This document shows positions 54,436 to 64,000 of a DNA stretch of 64,000 bases, in pieces (the first letter of the stretch is position 1; every line of letters begins with the position of its first letter). This stretch comes from Eledone cirrhosa (taxonomy: Eukaryota). The stretch lies in the NCBI GenBank assembly GCA_964016885.1, contig OZ024742.1:32488001-32552000 (forward strand), given 5' to 3'. The notes under the pieces were generated by a model that saw nothing but the letters and a program-made list of their open reading frames with translations, did no database searches and was not told the origin of the DNA. Position numbers and translations under genes: made by a program.

Positions 54436-56030
54436 CTTTGACAGAGTCCCCCACACCATTATCTGGTGGGCTCTTAGAAAACTAGGTGTAGATGAATGGC
54501 TTGTGAGAGCTATACAAGCCATGTATAAAGAAACAGTCAGCAAGGTTAGAATTAACAACGAATATAGTGAAGAGTTTAGCGTAAAAGTTGGTGTTCATCA
54601 GGGCTCCGTCCATAGCTCCTATTTATTATCGCCCTCCAAGCTATAACGGAGGAGTTCAAGATCGGCTGCCCATGGGAACTTCTATACGCAGATGATCTAA
54701 CGCTCATAGCCGAGTCAATAGCTGAGCTAGAGAAGAAACTCCAAACATGGAAGCATGGCCTAGAATCAAAAGACCTTAAAGTTAACTTGTCTAAGACTAA
54801 AGTCCTAATATGTAGGAAGGAGAATAGGACACTGGTCCCATCTGGCCATGCTCAGTGTGTAGGAAAGGAGTAAGCAGAAACTCCATTTTATGTCCCAAAT
54901 GCAAAGTATTGGTGCATAAAAGATGTAGTGGGATCACAGGTAAGCTAACTAAGAACATAGATTTTATATGTGGCCGGTGCTCTGGTGCAATAAGTAGCAG
55001 CAAATGCCCACAGAATACTAGCTCATTCCATTGCCCAGATGGTTCTATAGAAATAGTGGACACCTTCCCTTACCTGGGTGACAAAATCAGCAGTGATTGA
55101 GGGTGCTCCGAAAGTACTGTAGCTAGAGTCCGAACGGGATGGAAAAAGTTCAGAGAGCTTATACCACTATTGGCCGCTAAAGGTTTCTCTCTAAAAATAA
55201 AAGGCAGGCTGTATGATACCTGCATACGAACAGCGATGTTACATGGCAGTGAAACATGGGCATTGTGTGCAGAGAATCTACGCAGACTGGAAAGGAACGA
55301 AGCATGCATGCTCCGTTGGATGTGTAATAGTAATATACGCGAACAACAAAGCAATAAATGAACTAAGTGAGAAATTAGGAATAAGAGGGATCAGATGCTG
55401 TTTACTCGAGAGAGGACTACGTTGGTATGGTCACGTGATGCGCATGAAAGATGACAGCTGAATAAAAAAGTGCAGGGCGATCAAAATAGACGGTAGCTAC
55501 GGAGTAGGCAGACCCAGAAAAACCTGGGACGACTTGATAAAATCCGACCTCACACACTTACACCTCTCCAAGATAATGTCACTGGACCGAGATCTTTGGC
55601 GCTACACAGTAATACAGAAGACCTGCCTTGCCTAACTACAAAGTGAAACCTACAGCCACTAGGAACCTCTTAACAAAAATACACACCCGTCCCACTAACA
55701 CTACCCCCACCGCCATCTACACCACACTTTCGATGTAAAGCTATGTTGGTAACACAACATCCAGTCCGAAATAAATGAGGTCGTGTAGGTGTCACGACAA
55801 AAAAACACACAGTCCACGCTGTAATGTGGCAGTGTAGGTAACACGGTAAAAACCTCCCAGTCTACACTGTAAACGTGGTTGGTGTTAGGAAGGGCATCCA
55901 GCCGTAGAAAACCTGCCAGACAGTCCTATACGAGCAAGACAACCAATCTTGCCTCATGTGGGACAATTCCCGTCCAGACCCATGGTAGCGTGGAAAATGG
56001 ACGTTAAACGATGATGATGATGATGATGAT
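54436..56030 (+). mobile_element. RTE-clade LINE fragment (PHD-finger family), more decayed
   Basis: [44 protein letters not shown]; several frameshifts and stops; UTR and (GAT)n tail. Confidence 0.9.
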
Positions 56031-56806
56031 ATATATTCATATATATATTCATACTCATCATCACTGTTGTCTATTTTCCATACTTGTATGGGTTAGACGA
56101 GTTGTCATGTTATGAGGCTTGCCCGGTCAGGTGACCATGTTTTGCTCATACAGATCTATTTTTAGCTTGGTTTTCTACGGCTGGATGCCATTCCTGATGC
56201 CAACTACGTTACAATGTGGACTTGGAGCTTTTTAGCGTTGCACCACCACAACCACTTTTCAGGGTGGACTGGTTGTTTTTCATTGTGGCACCAACTTTAC
56301 CACTTTTACAGGGTGAATAGGGTGCTTTTTGTTGCTGTGACTGCAATACCTCCACCGTACAAGGTGGACTGGGTGTTTTTTGTCATGGCACCAGCACTGT
56401 GAGAGTAGGTGTGGAGCATGTCTGGCTTTCCATGCATGAGTTGGACAGGAAAGGTATGGAAGGGGATAGCTGTGTATATTGGCTATGGCTGCAATGAAAT
56501 GAAAAAATAAAATTAATAGTTCCTACGAGTTTGCTTCTAAGAGGTTTCTCAGCTATTTTAATGATGGGGCTCTTCAGTCATATCATCTTGTTACAGCTCA
56601 CATCTATGTAGATTTAGCTGGCTTCCTACAATCTTACGTTTAATAGGATATCTCGGGTGTTTTAATGATAGGAGCCCTAGACAAATCATGAAAAGCAATA
56701 TGAAATGTAGAATCTTGCTCAAGAGCTCAAGGCACCACCCAGTCTAGGGATCAAACCTAGGACTCATCACTTTATGATTAAGAGTCCAACACTTTATACA
56801 CTAGAC

Positions 56807-56972
56807 CAGGGTTTCCCAAACTTTTTCACATGTGGAACCCTATTTGGTTCAGAAAGTTTGTGGTGAACCCCAAAGTCTAATACTGTTATATGGTCATAAT
56901 ATAAATATACTCCTCTACTTCTTTTCACAGAACCCCAGACACTATTTGTGGAACCCACTTTGGGAACCACTG
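56807..56972. mobile_element. hAT/Charlie-like MITE
   Basis: TIRs CAGGGGTTTCCCAAA / TTTGGGAACCACTG; 8-bp TSD cactagac/cactaggc. Confidence 0.8.
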
Positions 56973-58245
56973 CACTAGGCTACACACCTTCATTATGGCC
57001 GGAATGCCATTCAATCATAGGTATTTTATTTACTGCTAACCTAGTGCTAGATAACAACTTTACAACAAAACCTGACACCAAAGCAAAAATGCATTTTTTT
57101 TTTAGATCTCTTTTGGCAAATGAACAACTCACATATTCAGCAAGCTCATTATATAACTGGTATCCCACTGCAGGACAAGTACTACAATTATCAAGCTTTT
57201 TTTCAATACTTTCTTTAGTGTGTTTGTATTGTGTTATATTATATAAAAAACAATAAATCTTTTCTATTTAAATTTGACAAGAATGACAACATCAGCAACA
57301 ACAATAACAACAGCAATAAAAACAATAACATCAGCAACAGCTATAACAACATCTGCAAAACAAATCCGATCATTGTAATGACATAATTATCATTTCATCA
57401 TCAATATCATCATTATCAGAATCAGCATAGTCTATAAGTGGAAAAAATACATAAGCGCTATAATAGTCCAGCTGATAGCAAACACACACACACAAATACC
57501 CCCCCCCCACACACACACACACACCAACACAAATACCCCCACCCCATATATATATATTGGTTGCATCATATCAATAATAATAACTATTATTATTATTATT
57601 GAGATCGTTATCAACAAAATCATAAGTCATAATCATCATCACTTCCATGATTATTATCACCGCCATTACTAACATCATCATCATCATTACCACTATCAAC
57701 ATCCAAGAAAATATAAATAGAACAAATTAAGAACGTAAGCCCAAATATAAATAGTTTTGTCGCAATCCACCACCACCACCACTATCATCATCACCATTAC
57801 CACCACCACCATCATCACCACCACTACGATAGACATCAAAAACAAACCCCTACCATCACCATCACCACCATCACCATCACTACGATAGACATCAAAAACA
57901 CCCCATCATCACCCATAAACACCACAATAACCACCACCACCGTCACTACTACTACACATACAATGCAATGCAATCAAAGTAAGTTATGATATGAGATGGT
58001 GAAGGTGGTGGGTGTGGCATTGGTGGCGGTGGTGGTGTCACAAATGACCAATTAATTAACAGATTATTTTAAAATTAGAAATCAAGTTGTGATCATAACA
58101 CACATACATACATATACATACATAGATACACGTACATAAATACATGAATATATACATATATATATGTTCTTATGTATATATATATATATATATATATATT
58201 AGAATATAAATATTAATAAAATAGATGTTCTTTTGATCAATTACA

Positions 58246-58296
58246 TTTTATTATACATATTTCGGATGTACAACAGTACGTCCTCATCAGACAAAA
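58246..58296 (-). ncRNA. Minimal hammerhead ribozyme motif
   Basis: ttttgt-CTGATGA-ggacgtac(tgtt)gtacatcc-GAAA-tatgta-TA-ataaaa. Confidence 0.8.
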
Positions 58297-58449
58297 TATA
58301 ATGATACATGACATACCCTGAGATGTTAAATGGTTAAGATTTAATTAAGGTAGTGATTAACCTAAGAGAAAATTTAACATTTATACCCTAATAATGAGAA
58401 GAAAAAATATATATATATATACAATATATTAACAAATGGAAACTATATT

Positions 58450-58515
58450 TATTTTATTATACATATTTCAAGGGCCACCAAGGCAAATTATGGTGCATTT
58501 TCATCAGATAAAATA
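58450..58515 (-). ncRNA. Hammerhead ribozyme motif (left arm of an inverted repeat)
   Basis: tattttat-CTGATGA-aaatgcacca...tggtggccctt-GAAA-tatgta-TA-ataaaata. Confidence 0.7.
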
Positions 58516-58597
58516 CAATACAGATTTGTTTTTCCAACCGTTAAGGTTGTTTTTTTCAGGGTATGTCAATATCTATTTATAAAACAAATCTGTATTG

Positions 58598-58663
58598 TAT
58601 TTTATCTGATGAAAGCGCACCATAATTTGCCTTGGTGGCCCTTGAAATATGTATAATAAAATA
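58598..58663 (+). ncRNA. Hammerhead ribozyme motif (right arm of an inverted repeat)
   Basis: tattttat-CTGATGA-aagcgcacca...tggtggccctt-GAAA-tatgta-TA-ataaaata; 8-bp stem I. Confidence 0.75.
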
Positions 58664-59664
58664 AATATGGTTTTATAAATATAGTTTCCATTTGTTAATA
58701 CATTGTATATTTACTCCACTAATCTGTTGAGTGCTTTATATCAGTTATAAAATTGTTTAAGCTTGTTGAATCCCAACAAATTAAATATAACCTCTGCATA
58801 TATATATATATATATGATCATCATCATCATCATCATCTGCTTTCCATGCTAGTAATGGTTAGAGAGGTCATCAACAAACTAGGGCCAGTACTCAGGGTTA
58901 CAGGCCCATAGGTAGGCTAAGAGCCAGCTTCTTACATACATTCTCACGCCTTACTAATTACTCAGATGGACTGGCAGAAAATGTAAATGTAGTGAGTGAC
59001 CAGTGGCAACAGTCACTACAGTCACTTGGCAAGGGAATGGAGAAGATATAGGGCTTTGAGAAGACACTTAAGTCTCGATGAGTAGCAACCCCTCTAGTGC
59101 TCTCTAAAATACTGTGTTAATGTTGGTGCCAATATATCTATGTATATGTGTGTGTATCTTATTACTTTATTGTTCCAACTCCCTTTTGGGGTAGAGTTAA
59201 TTAGGTGGGTGCCGGCTGCTATTTCTAGCAGACGTAGCATTCGTTAAATGTCCAGCCTTTGGCCTCTCTTCTGAGACCTATACCACGTGAGAATTTCTCC
59301 CTCCAGAGAAATATTCACTTTCTTACGGTATGGGTCAGGATACAGTCCACCTAATAAGGGGTTTCCTGATGGTTCGACAGCCTCACATCGTTGCTGCACT
59401 TCTCTGGTGCAACAAAGTCAGAAAACAGCACAGCTCCCATGACTTTCGGAAACACTTTTTCACGCTCAGAGTTGCTGAAGCATGGAACAAACTACCAAAA
59501 CTACACCCGATGTCCCTCCTCCATACACATGCACACATGTATTTCATGACTTGTAAACTGTTCATTTTTCTGACATTTGTACATTATTCTATGTACTATT
59601 CATGCACGCTTGATGAGTTGTAGTGCACCTGAACACTGTATACAATAATTTCATTATTATAAGA

Positions 59665-59850
59665 GGTGGTTGATGAATCGTTGCACTGGTTTCGACAATT
59701 GCCAAAGAGACGGTTCCAGAATGAGTTAAATGCTTTGCATAAGCACTGTAAAGATGTTATTGCATTCAACGGAGATTATGTTTTGCAGAATAAATAAATT
59801 TTAGCTTCAATATGTTGTGCATTTTCATTTAAAGGGTTATTCTAAAGATT
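59665..59850 (+). mobile_element. Degenerate mariner-like transposase C-terminal fragment
   Basis: WFRQLPK..FQNELNAL.KHCKDVIAFNGDYV resembles the mariner C-terminal signature. Confidence 0.5.
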
Positions 59851-60399
59851 TTATTGCCACGCCAAGTATATATATATAGAGATAGAGGGGGGGGGGGGGG
59901 GGGGGGGGGGGGCTACACATAAATATATACATATATACACACCTTTATATAGATGTGTGTGAATATATAAATATATGTACACACTCTCTCACACATTTAC
60001 ACTGCTAAACCACTGTGCTTAAATTTTGTATAAATTTCATTAAAGAATTTTCATTGATATTTCCATATTAGACATATATATATTTAATTTAGACCAACAA
60101 CAAAATGTCTAGGTCTCTCTGACATTTCTAGAAATTTTCTGCTCTGCTCATACGGAACGGTGTGCTTGTTATTGCTTAATCCTTTTGATACCAAACACCC
60201 CGGTTATATTACAAAACAGTGTTTATCATCATCATCATCAATCTCATCCTCATCACTATATAATGTATATTTCCTGTGCTCGCATAGATTAGATGCGTTG
60301 TTATGTTCTGAGGTTTGCTCTACATACTGTTGTCGGTATAGTTCCTACGGCTTGATGAACTTCTTAATGACGTCTACTTAACAACATATACTGAAAACA

Positions 60400-61450
60400 T
60401 TTTATCATGGCACCAGCATTACCACTTAGAAAGTGGACTGGGTGTATTTTATCGTGGCACCAGCACTGCCACTTTAGAAGGTGGATTGGGTGTATTGTAT
60501 CGTGGCACCAACACTGCCACTTTAGAAGGTGGATTGGGTGTATTTTATCGTGGCACCAGCACTGCCACTTTAGAAGGTGGATTGGGTGTATTGTATCGTG
60601 GCACCAACACTGCCACTTTAGAAGGTGGATTGGGTGTATTTTATCGTGGCACCAGCACTGCCACTTTAGAAGGTGGATTGGGTGTATGCTATTGTGGCAC
60701 CAACACTGCCACTTTAGAAGGTGGATTAGGTGTATTGTATCGTGGCACCAAAACTGCCACTTTAGAAGGTGGATTGGGTGTATGCTATTGTGGCACCAAC
60801 ACTGCCACTTTAGAAGGTGGATTGGGTGTATGCTATTGTGGCACCAACACTGCCACTTTAGAAGGTGGATTGGGTGTATGCTATTGTGGCACCAACACTG
60901 CCACTTTAGAAGATGTACTGGGTGCATTGTATTGTGGCACCAACACTGCCACTTTAGAAGGTGGATTGGGTGTATGCTATTGTGGCACCAACACTGCCAC
61001 TTTAGAAGGTGGATTGGGTGTATGCTATTGTGGCACCAACACTGCCACTTTAGAAGGTGGATTGGGTGTATGCTATTGTGGCACCAACACTGCCACTTTA
61101 GAAGATGTACTGGGTGCATTGTATTGTGGCACCAACACTGCCACTTTAGAAGGTGGATTGGGTGTATGCTATTGTGGCACCAACACTGCCACTTTAGAAG
61201 GTGGATTGGGTGTATGCTATTGTGGCACCAACACTGCCACTTTAGAAGGTGGATTGGGTGTATGCTATTGTGGCACCAACACTGCCACTTTAGAAGATGT
61301 ACTGGGTGCATTGTATTGTGGCACCAACACTGCCACTTTAGAAGGTGGATTGGGTGTATGCTATTGTGGCACCAGCACTGCCACTTTAGAAGCTGGACTG
61401 GGTGTATTGTATCATGACATCAGCATTCCTACTTTACAGAGTGGGCTGTG
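60400..61450. repeat. 48-bp minisatellite (~21 units) with 192-bp higher-order structure
   Basis: Unit tgtggcaccaacactgccactttagaaggtggattgggtgtatgctat; variant agatgtactg at 60911, 61103 and 61295. Confidence 0.95.
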
Positions 61451-64000
61451 TATATCTTAACATCACATCAACACAATTACTTTATAGAGTGGGTGTATTT
61501 TATCATGGCAGCACCACTACCCCATTACAACACTAGGGTGCTCTTTGTACCCTTTGGGAAATCAGTAATGAGAATCATCATCATTTTTATGTCCATGGGT
61601 ATTTATCTAAAAATCATCCACCATAATTTTATACAAGAACCCTTATTGTGTTGTGTTCCAAACACCAGCTTAATAAAGAGAAAATTAGTTATATTACTAA
61701 ATGCTTCCAAATACTGAATTTGAAAAATTATAAGCAATGTTGTCCATTAGAAATATGGTAATGAAAGAGTTAAAGTGTTTATATTTATTTAAAATCTTAC
61801 ATCACAATTTTATGTGAGAACGTTTAAGTTATATTCCAAACACCAGCTTCATAATGACAAAGTTAGCTGTCTCACTAAATCCCTGCAAAGTCTTGATTTG
61901 AAAATCATAAGTATTGATGGTGAGGTAAATGTTAAGACATGGGTAAGAGAAGGAAAAAATTTGGCTTTATTTCTAGCAGACAAGGTGACTATGTTGAGAC
62001 TCCCCTCATTTGTTCAGTTGTGGTTGTTAAGTGGCTATTAGTGGTGTTTGTTATATTACAGAGATTATGGTAAACCAGACACACAATAATGATCAGATGT
62101 TTAATGATATTCATATCTTTAATAAGGGTTGTTGTTGTTGATAATTGCTATGTTTGAAATATTTGAACTATTTGATTGTTGACAAAATATCAAGTTTATT
62201 TCAGCAATAAACTATATATATGTCATCATCATCAGTATTTAATTATTTTCTTTTCCATACTTGCATGGGTTAGTCAGGCTGTCACGAGGCTAGACAAGTC
62301 AGGTGAACACGTCTTAGTTATAAACTTCATGATGGGCTTGGTTTTCTACAGTTGGATGCCATTCCCAATGCCAATCATTCTACAGTGTATATTGGGAGCT
62401 TTTTTGTGGCACGGGCATTATCACTTTACAATGTACTGGATGCATTTTAACATGACACCACACAATGTGAAACGCTGCCCATCTTTAATACAGAAGTCAT
62501 TGAAGAAGATACAGAATTATCCAGTGAAGAACTGAGGCAGTTGGGTCATTTGAGATGGAAAGGTTTTATCATGTCACCATAAAGAAGTGGATGAATTTAG
62601 TAGTAGTAGTAGTAGTTGTAAGTAAATATATATATATATAAATATATACATATCTATGCATAACATATGAATATGTACACATATTCAAATCCCACCGAGG
62701 TTAACTTTCCTTGTCATCCTTTCGGGGTCGATAAAATAAAGTACCAGTAATGCACTGGGGTATTTGCTGGCCTTGTGCCAAAAGTAGAAACAATTATTAG
62801 ATGACCCTTGACTCTCTTGAGTTCCTCTACCCTTTCTAAAAAAATTTGTAATCTATTTTGTTCCAATCTCAACAAGTACAGGTTCAAATCTCAACAAAGG
62901 TGCTCTGCTGGGATGTTACAATCATACTGCTACTTATTACTGGTTCATATCACATCTTTGCTTAATTAAGTTGAGGAAGGGGGATCACCATTTTGAAGAT
63001 AATAAATATATCAAATTAACTACACTAAAAGATGAAATATATCAGTGCAAAGTTATCAAAATGTAGTTTTCTCTTTTCATACATTGGTATATATTGACAG
63101 ATATATTGCAAAATACACACAAACTTACACTAGCTGAAAACCATCAGGAAGATGATATTTCTGCTAGTAACTTTATATAACAGCCATATGTTAGCTTATT
63201 ACCTTAGCAATAATTAATAATCTTAATGAATCCCTCAAAATTCTTCTTTAATTAAATTGAAATAGAGTGTGTTTCCTTAGAAATACATGCGCAATAGGGT
63301 TAGCCACACATTCATGCTTGTGCCTAATCAATTATTCCTAGTTCTCTGATATTATCTGGTACCCTGAGAGGTTTTCTTGAAGCAAGAGATAATATGGTTA
63401 TTTAAACATTTCCTCTTTTACAAAGTGGATGAGCTCAAATGTCTCCTTGTTAACAATATATTGTTTTATTTCACCCATTGAAATGTAGGTCAAACTGGAA
63501 ATTTATCTGGTCATCTACAGGAATGATTTCTTCCTGAAATTTATTGTCAGATGGAAATATTTTTATTTTACTGTGTTTGGTGTCATTTAACCCTTCACTC
63601 TATATTTACTATTGTATTTTCATGGTAAACACTTTATCTCACATAATATCGAAGCTACGAGATTTTGATGTTATTTATTTTGAGAACAATACCTTAACAT
63701 TAGTATGAGCAGCTGGTTTGAACAGAAAGAGGTGAGAGAATTCTGTCTGAAATAGTCTGAAATGCTAAAGGGTTAAGTACTTGTCATCATCATCAGCATC
63801 ATCACCACTGTTTAACATCTATTCTCTGTTTTGATTGGTTAGATAGGCTATCACATACGGAGGCTGGATTGGTCAGGTGACCACGTATGGCTTGTACTAT
63901 TTTTAGCTTGGTTTCTATGGCTTGAGGCACTTCCTATTGCCAACTACATTACAGCATGTACTGAGAGCATTTTATCACGACTCCGACATTATCACTTTAC

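Noticed and set aside
60364-61460. Three ORFs of more than 300 aa
   Set aside because: 48-bp tandem repeat open in several frames; no unique sequence

Overview
AT-rich eukaryotic genomic DNA, probably a cephalopod (Octopus-like); the species is inferred from the repeat repertoire and dense (TA)n/(CA)n/(GAT)n microsatellites. Only one convincing host coding exon is visible (minus strand, 10944-11612, low-complexity N-terminus, ending at a GT donor). The rest is mostly transposon debris. This includes a Neptune-type Penelope-like element, many RTE-clade LINE fragments (one family has a PHD-type finger inside ORF2), CR1-, R4- and CRE-clade fragments, a Chapaev3-type DNA transposon, a non-autonomous Helitron, piggyBac- and hAT-type MITEs, SINEs and several minisatellites, some derived from LINE 3' ends. 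The most notable signal is about ten minimal type-I hammerhead ribozyme (HHR) motifs. Several lie in or at the centre of short fold-back (inverted-repeat) non-coding units embedded in (TA)n tracts, suggesting a family of ribozyme-bearing Penelope-derived micro-elements. Most ORFs in the supplied track are microsatellite or minisatellite artefacts. All structures were read by eye; no searches or folding were run.
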